A stretch of 43,205 bases of DNA from a virus (taxonomy: Duplodnaviria; Caudoviricetes), in IMG/VR virus record IMGVR_UViG_3300027886_000002, positions 1 through 43,205 of that record, one strand, 5' to 3'. Each line of letters starts with the position of its first letter. The stretch's first letter is position 1. This document shows positions 16,695 through 25,716 of this stretch, one piece after another. The notes beneath the pieces were generated by a model, which saw only the letters and a program-made list of their open reading frames with translations, searched no databases and was not told the origin of the DNA. The position numbers were made by a program, and so were the translations under genes.

Positions 16695-18659
16695 TCATTG
16701 AACGATGAACAGGTTCAGCGACCCGTCCTTGTTGTGCTTCTTCCACTCCTTTGGGAAGTCTTTCGTCCACCGGTCCATCGCCGTGTGGTCCACCGCCATC
16801 TTGACGTTGGGCAGATTTTCCTCAGCTGCCTCAATCATGCCACGGTTGTGGTGGTATGCAACCTGGTCACGGTCGAGCGGCTTGCAATCCGAAATCAGCT
16901 CGTCGTGGACGAAGGCGCAGACGCGGCCAGGGATGGTGCCCATGAGCTGGCCCGTCACCACGTACCACAGGGCGTCAGCCGCGGTCTGCATCCCGAGCGC
17001 CTGGAAACCCGTGTTGGCGGCTGCGCAGCTGGTGGCGCCGCGGCGGATGATGTCCGTTCCGGGAATCGGCACGGCATAGAGGCTCCATCGGTCGCTCGGG
17101 TCAATCTTGAAACTCTCGATGAAATCGAGGTAGGCCATCTGGTCGTGCTGCGTGGCCCACCAGAGGTCCATGAGCTCTTGCGCCCGCTCGACCGTCAGCC
17201 GCACGCCATAGCCGTCCCGAGCGTAGCTCTGGAAGGTGGTGGCCTTCCGCATGTTGCCCGGCAGCCCGAAGTTCAGTGGCTTGGCGGCCCCGCGCGCGAG
17301 CTTCGCAGCCTTGTCGCCATGGACGTCCACAAGGTCTTTGAAGGTCTTGTAGTCGAGCCCTCGCGGGTCAATCTGCCGCCCCACCTCACAGTGATAGTCG
17401 AAGCCCGCGCTGATGCGGTCCGCCATGCCGCGCCGGCCCGTGTAGCGCACGATGAGCTCGGCCAGGGTGCCGTTCTCGAGTCCCACGTAGTCGCTGGCGA
17501 CGAAGCAGCCCCAAAGCGCGCGGATGCACTCGCGCACGCCGGCCTTCTTGCGGAAGTTCTGGATGTTCGGGCGGCTGCTGGTGGTGCGCAGGGTGTTGGC
17601 AAAGCCAAAGCGGGTGTGGAAAATCCCGTTGACGAAGAGTTTGATGTCCTTGTTGATGACGGCCGACCACTCTTGGTAGTCGGCAACGGCAATCAGGTCT
17701 TCGTCGCCGCTCTCGCGCAGCACGCCCTTGCCGGTGGAGATGGCGCCCGTGTCCGTGATGATGCCCATCGCCTCGAGGTTCTGGACGTCCACCAGGTTCT
17801 CGTCCGGGTAGAGCCGATTTCGGTTTCGGCCCTCGCCGCAGCGAACGGGCACGCGGAATGCATCCGCGATGGCCTGCTGGATGTTCCGGAGCGTCTTGAC
17901 CGGGTTCGGCTTGTTCTTCTCCCGGCGCATGAAGCCGAGCTCAATGGCGCGCGTGGCGAGTCGCGCCGTCTCAGCTCGAGCCTCCACCTCGAGCTTGGCC
18001 ACAATCTCAGGGTCAGCGCGCAGCCCGAAAGCCGAGATAGCGTTGAGGCAAAACGCCGTGCGGCAGAGCTTGGCCAGGTCTTTCTGGGTGCACCAGCCCT
18101 GGCCCCAGATGCGCTCGAAAAGCTTCCAGCAGAGCACCACGTCATCTTGGCAATACTCGACCTCCTCTGGCGTCATCGCCGATAGGTCAGTGCCCCAGTG
18201 CTTGCCGAACCCGAGCCGCAGCTCCTCGCCGTCTTCATCCGTGGCGTGCTTGCTCTGGTGGTTGAGCCCCACCATCTGGCACAACCGGTCGAGCGCGAGC
18301 CCGCCGCGCATGTCGCCCCTGCTGATTTCGATGATGCGCCAGAGCAGGCCCGTGTCGAGGATGCGGCCATCTTCGTAGGCGCGCAGGATGGCCCGGCGCA
18401 GCTCGGGATACCACTCCCAGAGGCACAGCATGTCATACGCGATGTTGTGCCCGATGATGACCCAATCGCTCTCCAAGAGCTCGAGCACGACGCGGCTGAG
18501 CTCCCACGTGCCGAACAGCTGAGGCCCGAGCCCTGGCCTGAAAATGCTGCAGACGCTCACGGGCGGCGCGCACAGGCCAGGGCGAATCAGGCACGTCTCG
18601 AGGTCGAGGCATGCCACGCGGCGCAGGTCGAGCGCCTTGAAGAGCTTCCTGAAGTTCAT
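16695..18659 (-). CDS. Family A DNA polymerase with 3'-5' exonuclease
   Basis: ExoI DLET, ExoII HNIAYD, ExoIII YCQDD; RTTSSRPNIQN; motif A DYVGLE; motif B RGAAKPLNFG; motif C VHDE. Confidence 0.93.
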   Translation of the reverse strand: MNFRKLFKALDLRRVACLDLETCLIRPGLCAPPVSVCSIFRPGLGPQLFGTWELSRVVLELLESDWVIIGHNIAYDMLCLWEWYPELRRAILRAYEDGRILDTGLLWRIIEISRGDMRGGLALDRLCQMVGLNHQSKHATDEDGEELRLGFGKHWGTDLSAMTPEEVEYCQDDVVLCWKLFERIWGQGWCTQKDLAKLCRTAFCLNAISAFGLRADPEIVAKLEVEARAETARLATRAIELGFMRREKNKPNPVKTLRNIQQAIADAFRVPVRCGEGRNRNRLYPDENLVDVQNLEAMGIITDTGAISTGKGVLRESGDEDLIAVADYQEWSAVINKDIKLFVNGIFHTRFGFANTLRTTSSRPNIQNFRKKAGVRECIRALWGCFVASDYVGLENGTLAELIVRYTGRRGMADRISAGFDYHCEVGRQIDPRGLDYKTFKDLVDVHGDKAAKLARGAAKPLNFGLPGNMRKATTFQSYARDGYGVRLTVERAQELMDLWWATQHDQMAYLDFIESFKIDPSDRWSLYAVPIPGTDIIRRGATSCAAANTGFQALGMQTAADALWYVVTGQLMGTIPGRVCAFVHDELISDCKPLDRDQVAYHHNRGMIEAAEENLPNVKMAVDHTAMDRWTKDFPKEWKKHNKDGSLNLFIVQ

Positions 18660-18913
18660 GCCGGTTCAGGGTCGTCCACCGCTTCAAGCCCCGCGCGGCC
18701 CTGCCCGACTGCGTACGCCATCCCATCGTCGTTGACCACGACGCTGTGCTGCTTGCAATAGATGGCCATGCAACCGTTAAACCTGCGCACGGCGCGCAGC
18801 GTCGCTGCCGGCGGAACGAAGCCGCGCGAGATTTCATCGCAGACCTGCTCGAGCCAGTGCGCCAAAACGTCCTCGCAGCCTGCCGGCGGAGGGCTCAGAT
18901 GCATGTTAGACAT
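18656..18913 (-). CDS. Hypothetical protein
   Basis: 85 aa from MSNMHLS; GGAGG SD; overlaps pol start (ATGA). Confidence 0.6.
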   Translation of the reverse strand: MSNMHLSPPPAGCEDVLAHWLEQVCDEISRGFVPPAATLRAVRRFNGCMAIYCKQHSVVVNDDGMAYAVGQGRAGLEAVDDPEPA

Positions 18914-19121
18914 CGGCCCTCCGTTGGGCGAGCGCGCGGTCCAGGCGGCTCCGAGGCTCATCGCTGTCACTCGGAGCCGCAATCACGCCGTCCCAGAGGG
19001 GCTGGTAGGCGACGCCACCATCGAGCCAGCGGCGGAAGTTCCGGTGGCAGGGGCGGCAACGGACCATTCCGTCTTCCGCCTCTGCTTCGCCGCAGGTCCT
19101 GCACATCATCACTGGTTCCAT
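18906..19121 (-). CDS. Small Zn-finger protein
   Basis: CRTC...CRPC; AAGGA SD. Confidence 0.6.
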   Translation of the reverse strand: MEPVMMCRTCGEAEAEDGMVRCRPCHRNFRRWLDGGVAYQPLWDGVIAAPSDSDEPRSRLDRALAQRRADV

Positions 19122-19135
19122 GGTGGACAGTCCTT

Positions 19136-19768
19136 TCAGCCCTGGAAGGGCGAGAAGTAGTCGCGGGCGTAGTTCTTGGCTTCTTCGGCCGCGACCTTCT
19201 TTCCGTCCACCACCTTGACCACATCGACGGTCTTGCTGGTGATGGAGCGGGTGTGGACGATGATGGTTTCGCCGTTCGCCAGCTCGTTCTTCTCGGAGGC
19301 GTCGATGAGCTGTTGCTCGATGTCCAGGTACTTCTCGCTGATGGCGTTCTGCTTCTTGGTCGTCTCGACGCCGTCCACCTTGATGACCTTCTCATCATCC
19401 AGGTCGACGAATTCCGCCTCGAAATCGTCCGTGGTCTGGCCCGCGCATGCGGCTAGGAAGCCCTTCCGCTCGCGGTCCTTGTACTTCTGCGAAGCGCTGT
19501 CGCCGCCGAGCCAGAAGCGCAAGGTGTAGGAGCGGCCGACCTGGTTGGGTGCGGACGTCTCCAGGATTTTCACTTTGGCTTGGAAGCTCGCGCTCACGTC
19601 CTTGCCGCCCTTGCCCTTGCCCTTTTCCATCGGCAGATAGTCGTAGGCCAGGACAGCTTCCTTGTGGGTGCCTGCGAGGTCTTCTGGGAACTTGCTCTTG
19701 TTGCTGAGGCTCGAGACCTCCTCTCGTGCGAGAGAGGGAAGCCCGAGCTTTCGAATGTCAATTGCCAT
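19136..19768 (-). CDS. Hypothetical protein, possible ssDNA-binding protein
   Basis: 210 aa; strong SD; beta-rich; aromatic C-terminus (YFSPFQG); located between helicase and polymerase; function inferred from position only. Confidence 0.5.
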   Translation of the reverse strand: MAIDIRKLGLPSLAREEVSSLSNKSKFPEDLAGTHKEAVLAYDYLPMEKGKGKGGKDVSASFQAKVKILETSAPNQVGRSYTLRFWLGGDSASQKYKDRERKGFLAACAGQTTDDFEAEFVDLDDEKVIKVDGVETTKKQNAISEKYLDIEQQLIDASEKNELANGETIIVHTRSITSKTVDVVKVVDGKKVAAEEAKNYARDYFSPFQG

Positions 19769-19803
19769 GTTTTTCTACTATCCTTCCTTGCCCTTGCGGG
19801 CGG

Positions 19804-20205
19804 TTAGAGCGGGCGGACTTCGTAACTCTCGAAGCTCGACACGCCCGAGGCGTCGTTGTCGACCGCATCCGCCAGAGCCTTCCAGGCCTGCGCGCGGGTC
19901 GAAAAATCGTCCGGCACGGACCAGGAGCGCCGTCCGCCCTTGCGCAAGAACACCCCGAAGCGCGCGGGCGTCTCCTCCGGCGCGGCCTCGTCCATGTCTT
20001 CCTTGTCCGCGTCGAAGGTGCCCTCTTCGATGCCCTGCTTGAGCGCCAGCAGGACATCTCGCGCGCCCGCGTTCTTGCCCTTCTGTTCGATGAAAGGGGG
20101 ATACGTGGGGTCCAGGGAACATGCCAGAGCGCCGAGCGCCGCATGGACCTCGAGCATTCCGAGAGCACCATCGATTCGAGCAACCAGTTTCGCCTTGTCA
20201 ATCAT
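19804..20205 (-). CDS. Hypothetical protein
   Basis: 133 aa; AAGGAG SD; typical codon usage. Confidence 0.7.
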   Translation of the reverse strand: MIDKAKLVARIDGALGMLEVHAALGALACSLDPTYPPFIEQKGKNAGARDVLLALKQGIEEGTFDADKEDMDEAAPEETPARFGVFLRKGGRRSWSVPDDFSTRAQAWKALADAVDNDASGVSSFESYEVRPL

Positions 20206-21931
20206 TGAAAACTACTCCTTCCGGTACGTCGGCTGGGAAAGTCCAGTCGAACAATGTCGCCTTCTGCTGCATGATACTCTTGCTCTGGCGGGCGGCGTCG
20301 TCAAGGACTTTCGCCACACTCTCCAGATGTTCCTTGCACGCCACGAGCACATCGACCTTGCACGGGCGCGTCTGCCCCGCGCGGTGGATGCGGCCAACGT
20401 TCTGTTGAAAGTCCCGATTGTTCGCGGGTATAGCCGTGAACAGCATGCGATTCCAGGCCTGCAGATTCTTGCCCGTGCCGCACGCCGCGCGCGCCGCAAT
20501 GACGGTCTCTGTGGCGTGCTTGCCCTTGGCATACATCTTGTCGATGCGCAGCTTGCCACAACGCCCGCCCTGCCCGAAGTACTTCCAGCCCGTGCGCTTC
20601 GAGAGCTCGAGCCCGAAGGCCACGTGGTCCACGTAGATGATGCCGGGCGCCTCGCCGCCCCAATCGGCGCACCAGTCGAGCATGCTGTCGTCGAGCCACA
20701 GCGCGCGATGCCCGGGCTCGAAGGTGGGGCGGATGGCTTCCCAGCGTTCGTAGGCCGCCTGGTGGCGAGGGGCGAGCAGCCCCTGCGCGGCCGCCTGCGC
20801 CACCTGCAGCGTGGTGTAGAACCCCAGGTCTCGATTGCGGATGCATGCGCGCACGCTCTTGAACCACATGCGCCGTGCGTCCATCCAGTCGAGCGGCGGA
20901 ACCGGGTCCGCAATGTAGCAGAACCCGAGCGCGAGCTGCCGGCAGCACGCCCACACGCCACCCTCCGTGATGCGGTCGGGCCTGCGCTCTTCGTCTTCCT
21001 CGACGGGCCCGTCGGGCGATAGGTCCCAGCCGTCGGGCCGTTGGTTGAGCTTGCGCGCGCGATGGAAGTGGGGCTCCATCATCGGCGGCGCCTCTACCAG
21101 ATGGCACTCGAAGGACAACGGGCCCATGAAGCCCTCGTCCGTGATGAGCACGCCGGGCGTCTGCTTGAGCCGCATGTGGTAGGCGTCGCGGATGACGTCC
21201 AGGTCCTCCGTCGGCTCCACGCCCATCTGGATGCACACCTTGCGCGCGTTGGTGGTGTCGCCCTTGTCGATGACGGCCGACCACATCATCACTTCGTCCG
21301 GGTCGAGCGGAAGCGGCGAGCCCTCCCCCAAGCACCAGCCCAGGATGTGCGCGTAGTCTTTCACGCCGTGCTTGTCGGGCGTGGCCGTGAGCGCGATGAG
21401 CTTGCACTCCTTGTGCGTCAGGAGATAGTCCTGGATTTGCAGGGCGAGACCCGACGCCTCGCCGCTGTCGCTGTGCACGCGCCGGAGCTTGTCGGCCTCG
21501 TCGCAGATGATGAGCGTGGGCCCGAGCCCGCCCCACAAGCGCGCGATGCTGTAGCCTTCCTTGGGCCAGCGCGAAACGTCCGTGTAGCCGAACAGCTTGT
21601 ATTTGGTGCCCTCGATGCCCCGCCACTCCTTGCGGTACTCCTCGAATTCGTCCTCCGTCTTGGCCTTATCGCCGTTCGGCACCAAGATGAGCACGCGCTC
21701 TTCCTGCATGATTTCGCCAGCCAAGAGTGAGATGAGCGTCTTGCCCATGCCGACGTCGGCCATCACGAAAACCCCGCCGCACTCCAGGGCTTCTCTGATG
21801 CTGACCGCTTGGATTGGTCGGAGGCGCCCGTCGCTGCCCGGACAGCGCAAGGCCTCCGTCAGCGGTTCTAGGGTCTCCTCTACGAGCGCCGTCCAGTCTC
21901 GACGGGGCAGTGCGGCAATCCGGTGTTGCAT
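20198..21931 (-). CDS. SF2 (SNF2-like) helicase
   Basis: DVGMGKT, ICDEAD, LTATP, GKNLQ, QNVGRIHRAGQ. Confidence 0.9.
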   Translation of the reverse strand: MQHRIAALPRRDWTALVEETLEPLTEALRCPGSDGRLRPIQAVSIREALECGGVFVMADVGMGKTLISLLAGEIMQEERVLILVPNGDKAKTEDEFEEYRKEWRGIEGTKYKLFGYTDVSRWPKEGYSIARLWGGLGPTLIICDEADKLRRVHSDSGEASGLALQIQDYLLTHKECKLIALTATPDKHGVKDYAHILGWCLGEGSPLPLDPDEVMMWSAVIDKGDTTNARKVCIQMGVEPTEDLDVIRDAYHMRLKQTPGVLITDEGFMGPLSFECHLVEAPPMMEPHFHRARKLNQRPDGWDLSPDGPVEEDEERRPDRITEGGVWACCRQLALGFCYIADPVPPLDWMDARRMWFKSVRACIRNRDLGFYTTLQVAQAAAQGLLAPRHQAAYERWEAIRPTFEPGHRALWLDDSMLDWCADWGGEAPGIIYVDHVAFGLELSKRTGWKYFGQGGRCGKLRIDKMYAKGKHATETVIAARAACGTGKNLQAWNRMLFTAIPANNRDFQQNVGRIHRAGQTRPCKVDVLVACKEHLESVAKVLDDAARQSKSIMQQKATLFDWTFPADVPEGVVFND

Positions 21932-22314
21932 CAAACCTTCGAGATTGTGACGGTCGTGCCCGCCGGCAGGAGGTCTCGAACGAGATTGATAGCGTCGGCC
22001 AGGCTGTTGCCCTCCGCGAACTGTGAACTACCAGGGGCCGTAGCGGCGGGCTCGGCGGGCGGCTTGGGTGCGTTTTTCGAGCCAGCGGGGCGCCCTCGAC
22101 GTGCTTTTCCCTCAGTAGGTGTCTCCGTCGAAGCAGCAGGCGCTGCCTCGCTCGAAACGGAGGGCTCGGGGGCAGCCGCAGCAGCCGCAGGCGGGGCTGC
22201 GTTCGCCACCTCCGGCGCGGCCTTCGTCTCGAGCACCTGCTGTGCCTCCGGCGGGTTGACCTTGCTGTCCTTCTGCGCCGCGTAGTTCCTCACTCTGTCC
22301 GCAAATCCTGGCAT
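21931..22314 (-). CDS. Ala/Pro-rich protein with AT-hook-like motif
   Basis: RRGRPAGSKN in low-complexity linker. Confidence 0.65.
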   Translation of the reverse strand: MPGFADRVRNYAAQKDSKVNPPEAQQVLETKAAPEVANAAPPAAAAAAPEPSVSSEAAPAASTETPTEGKARRGRPAGSKNAPKPPAEPAATAPGSSQFAEGNSLADAINLVRDLLPAGTTVTISKV

Positions 22315-22317
22315 ACA

Positions 22318-23142
22318 TTATCGTCCTTTCTCCGGCATCGCCGGAAGCTGCAGGTCACTGTAGTTCATCATTGGCGAGCTCTTGAACGCGCAGTGACCAG
22401 CCGCGTCGCAGAAGAGTCCCGAGCCTTCGCAGGCCCGAGGATTATGCGGCACAAGCCGCGCGCTGTCTAGTGTTTTTTCGGCCCATGCTGCGCGCATGTC
22501 CCGGATGAGCTCGGCTGTCGGCACCACGTACTTCTCGAACCACGCCTTGGTGGCCTCCCACTCGAAGACGCCCGGCACCACCCACGTGCGCGGCGTCTGC
22601 CCGTCCTTGAATTTCTTCGAGACGAAGCACCATTCGGCCGGTATGGCGGTGATGCCCTTCCAGTGGTCGCGCATCAAAAGGTAGCTGTAGACGTTGGGCT
22701 GAAATTCGTTCTCGAGCGTCTGGAGGGCCCAGAACTTCTTTCCGCCGCCCACCACGGGCAACCTCGCCTTGGGGCTCGGCGCGCCGGTGGTCTTCCAGTC
22801 CTTCAGTTTAGGCTTGTCGAGGTAGTCGGCGCGCAGGTCGACCTGCAGCTTGTACTCCGGCAGCTTGACCAACTTGATGATTTCGCTCTGGTGCCGTCCG
22901 CTCTCGTTTTTCACGTAGTTGGCGAAGAGCTCGCGGCACATCTTGCCGATGAAGGACTCGGGGCCGTACTTGGGAGGCGCGCCCGTGATGAGACACTTCA
23001 TGTCGTGGTGGACCGCATTGCCGATGGCCAGCGCCTCGCCCTCGAGCTGCGGCACACCCTCGAGGTAGTGGTATGCCCACTTTCGAGGGCAGTGATACGC
23101 CATCTCCAGCTGCTTGACGCTGACGCGAAGGAGCTCAGCCAT
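22318..23142 (-). CDS. PD-(D/E)XK nuclease (Cas4/RecB-like exonuclease)
   Basis: CPRKW, GNAVH, ADY...DWKT, QPNVY, C-terminal Cys cluster. Confidence 0.85.
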   Translation of the reverse strand: MAELLRVSVKQLEMAYHCPRKWAYHYLEGVPQLEGEALAIGNAVHHDMKCLITGAPPKYGPESFIGKMCRELFANYVKNESGRHQSEIIKLVKLPEYKLQVDLRADYLDKPKLKDWKTTGAPSPKARLPVVGGGKKFWALQTLENEFQPNVYSYLLMRDHWKGITAIPAEWCFVSKKFKDGQTPRTWVVPGVFEWEATKAWFEKYVVPTAELIRDMRAAWAEKTLDSARLVPHNPRACEGSGLFCDAAGHCAFKSSPMMNYSDLQLPAMPEKGR

Positions 23143-23210
23143 TCTTATACCGCATCGCCTTCTCCATCCATTCTGGGTCGTCGATGACCGTCCGGTTCTT
23201 TTCGTAGTGC

Positions 23211-23816
23211 TTACTGGCCACTGGTTCGCTTGACCAAATCCACCATGAAATCGAAGTGCTTTTCGACCTGCGCGATGGCCTCTTTGCAGTCGTCGAGGGC
23301 CCTGTGGCTGCTGCCCTTGTCGCGCGCCGGCTCCTGCCCCGTGAGGAAGCTCTGGAGCAGCCAGAAGGCGTTGGTGTCGAAGTTGCGATAGTGGAGCTTG
23401 CCGAGGGACTGGGGCAGGTACTTGCGCATGATGGCCCGGTCAAAGTCCACGCCGGCGCCCGCGAGCACTGAGTCGTTGACGCCCTGCTCCGTGATAAAGG
23501 CGCTCACCAGCGCATCGAGCTTGGTGTAGTCGTTGAGCTGAGAGCGCTTGCAGGCCTCCCACAGCCCGTTGGCCTGGTGCATCTTCACCACGTTCGGGTG
23601 GATGAAGATGGTTTCGCCCCCCGGCGTGAGGAAGTGGTGGTCCTTCGTCAGCGCCGGCTTGAGCGGGAAGTGGAACACGTGCGATTGCTCGGCCACGATT
23701 TCGAACGTGGGCGTTTCGACCACGACCATGCCCACCTCGAGCAACCGAGCCTCGCGCGCCACGCCGTCGCTGTCGAGCAGACCGGTGGTCTCGGTGTCGA
23801 GGAACAGGACCCTCAT
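23211..23816 (-). CDS. DEDDh 3'-5' exonuclease, oligoribonuclease (Orn)-like
   Basis: LDTETTGL; MHQANGL; GVDFDRAIMRKYLP..LHYRNFD; HRALDD parallel Orn motifs; start reassigned to ATG 23816. Confidence 0.8.
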   Translation of the reverse strand: MRVLFLDTETTGLLDSDGVAREARLLEVGMVVVETPTFEIVAEQSHVFHFPLKPALTKDHHFLTPGGETIFIHPNVVKMHQANGLWEACKRSQLNDYTKLDALVSAFITEQGVNDSVLAGAGVDFDRAIMRKYLPQSLGKLHYRNFDTNAFWLLQSFLTGQEPARDKGSSHRALDDCKEAIAQVEKHFDFMVDLVKRTSGQ

Positions 23817-24124
23817 GAGTAGGCCTCGACCGTGGTGAGGACCTTGGGCTCGAGCAGCTTGGAGTGGTCGCCATCGAAGATGAGGTAAACGCGGCCCGCC
23901 CGGTCGGGCGTTGCCTTGACCGGCGGAACTTCGATGCGCGCGGTCGCCGTGAGCGCGGCATTGCGCAACTCCACGTGCTCGGAGCTGTGGATGCGAATGA
24001 AGGTGAGCGGCGTCTGCCCGCCCTCGCTCTTCACCACGATGAAGCGCGCCTGGTGGTTCTCGCGGCAGATGCGCACGAAGTCCGTGTCGCGGGGCGTGGC
24101 CTTGAAGGTGTAGATGCTTTTCAT
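23813..24124 (-). CDS. Hypothetical protein
   Basis: 103 aa; AAGGA SD. Confidence 0.7.
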   Translation of the reverse strand: MKSIYTFKATPRDTDFVRICRENHQARFIVVKSEGGQTPLTFIRIHSSEHVELRNAALTATARIEVPPVKATPDRAGRVYLIFDGDHSKLLEPKVLTTVEAYS

Positions 24125-24139
24125 GTCTTTGGTTTCCTT

Positions 24140-24595
24140 TCAGTGTGAGAGCGTGGGGCAGGAGGGCGTGTGGCATTGAGAGCCGGTGCACCTGTCGCAG
24201 CAAAAGCGCGTACGTGGCATGGTCAAGGGCTGGCGCGTGAGCTTGTTGCGCAGCCGCCGGAACGCCTCGAGCTCGAGAGCTTCGATGCCCGTGGCGCGCG
24301 CATGCGTGTCAGGATACTCCCCTCGACGCGCCTTGGCAAGGGCGTAGAAAAGGTGTTGGTCCGTCATGCAGCCCACCTCGATGCGCGAGCCATCGCCGCT
24401 CGTCCAGGTCTTCACCTGGTTGGGCTCGGTGCGGTCAGCGAGCACCAGGTGGTCGGGGCTCTTGGCGTGCTGCTCGACGTACTCCTTCTCGAGTCGGTCG
24501 AGCGACTCCTTGGCGCAGTAGAGCGAGATGAGGCGCGCCACGGCATTGTTTTCGATGTTGCGATACGCATCGACGAAATAGCGGAGAGTTTTCAT
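24140..24595 (-). CDS. Hypothetical protein
   Basis: 151 aa from MKTLRYF; AAGGA SD; Cys-rich C-terminus. Confidence 0.7.
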   Translation of the reverse strand: MKTLRYFVDAYRNIENNAVARLISLYCAKESLDRLEKEYVEQHAKSPDHLVLADRTEPNQVKTWTSGDGSRIEVGCMTDQHLFYALAKARRGEYPDTHARATGIEALELEAFRRLRNKLTRQPLTMPRTRFCCDRCTGSQCHTPSCPTLSH

Positions 24596-24611
24596 GTCTT
24601 GGATTCCTTTC

Positions 24612-25064
24612 TTACTTGTTTTCCCAGTGGCCGCCGCGGCCCGAGTCCGCGTCGACAACCCAGTGCTTGCCAACGGCTCGAGCGTCAGCGGCTCGCCCCC
24701 AGGCATGGGTAATCATCTCCGTCATGTATGACAGCGAGACGTGCTCGTCGCAAGCCCAAAGTTGGTCTAGCAACCAACCGAGCGTCCCGCGCTCGGGCTC
24801 ATCATCCGCAGCCGGCAGCTCGGCTACTGGGTCGGGGAGATGCAGGCGGCCCATCTCGTCGCGCACGACCTCACCAGCTTTGATGGCGGTAGAGAGCCAT
24901 TCCTGGTCCTTGGTATTGCCCTCGACGGCTCGGACCAGTGAATTAATTGAGTCGTGCCGGCGCTCGATTAATTCAGGGGCCATCTTCATGCGCCGCTCCC
25001 ACACAGACGAGCGCGCCGTGGCCATCAAGTATTTTTTAAATCGTGTGTATTCAACAGGTTGCAT
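24612..25064 (-). CDS. Hypothetical protein (first gene of leftward arm)
   Basis: 150 aa; downstream of promoter 25170-25198. Confidence 0.65.
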   Translation of the reverse strand: MQPVEYTRFKKYLMATARSSVWERRMKMAPELIERRHDSINSLVRAVEGNTKDQEWLSTAIKAGEVVRDEMGRLHLPDPVAELPAADDEPERGTLGWLLDQLWACDEHVSLSYMTEMITHAWGRAADARAVGKHWVVDADSGRGGHWENK

Positions 25065-25169
25065 TTATTTTGCCTTTCTTGTTTGGAGAGTTTCACCCAG
25101 CACCCACTTTGGGCAGGTGAAAAAGGTGGACAACGTTTCACCCACCCAACATCGACCACCGGAACACCC

Positions 25170-25198
25170 ACCCTAACACGCGGCGAAAACACTGTCAA
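25170..25198 (-). promoter_or_regulatory. Leftward sigma70-like promoter driving the replication arm
   Basis: TTGACA(25198-25193)-17-TAGGGT(25175-25170) with TG extension. Confidence 0.7.
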
Positions 25199-25355
25199 CC
25201 ACACATTTCACTGACCACCTTGCAGTGGGCTGGGAAGGGAGGTCTGCCGACCGTACTTCCCACCCTGCCCCGGGCGAATTGTTGGCACGGAAAATAATCG
25301 CCCTGGTGGGGAAAATAATGCTGACCATTTTCCGCGCGCGGCCGTACTAATAGGC

Positions 25356-25595
25356 ATGAAGGACAAGACGACCGACACTCTCTGGACCGCCGCCAACAAC
25401 TCCCTCCATGCCAAGCAATGGGCCGACGCAGGCCTCATCTGCGAGGAGCTTTCGACCCGCGCCGACGTGGGGGACTATCTGCCCCGCCAGCTTGCGCAGG
25501 GCTCTGGCGCCCTGTACCAGTGGCTGGTCGACCGCATCGACGCCGTCAACAGCAGGGTCGACCGGAATGAGCTCGACCGGCTCCTCGAGGGCTGA
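25356..25595 (+). CDS. Hypothetical protein
   Basis: 79 aa; first rightward gene; typical codon usage. Confidence 0.7.
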   Translation: MKDKTTDTLWTAANNSLHAKQWADAGLICEELSTRADVGDYLPRQLAQGSGALYQWLVDRIDAVNSRVDRNELDRLLEG

Positions 25596-25614
25596 AGAAA
25601 AGCACCGGGGCGCC

Positions 25615-25642
25615 TTGACTCGGGGCGCCCCTGCGCTACCTT
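25615..25642 (+). promoter_or_regulatory. sigma70-like promoter embedded in a GGGGCGCC inverted repeat
   Basis: TTGACT(25615-25620)-16-TACCTT(25637-25642); ggggcgcc...ggcgcccc flank the -35. Confidence 0.5.
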
Positions 25643-25716
25643 GAAAATGCGGCGGCTGACAACGCGGGCCACGACCTGGCCCCGCTTCCTCCAGCCGCCG
25701 CGCATCCCAACGGAGA

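Noticed and set aside
16219-18659. Complete Z-genome (2-aminoadenine) pathway
   Set aside because: No PurZ (adenylosuccinate synthetase-like) or HD-domain DatZ recognised; DUF5664-like genes are widespread without it
22318-23142. Cas4-like gene as part of a CRISPR system
   Set aside because: No repeat-spacer array or other cas genes; solo Cas4-like nucleases are common in phage replication modules
23135-23221. 28 aa ORF between Orn-like and PD-(D/E)XK genes
   Set aside because: Fills the gap, but too short and featureless to support
25282-25298. TTGGCACGGAAAATAAT as a sigma54 promoter
   Set aside because: Has the -24 element but lacks the -12 GC
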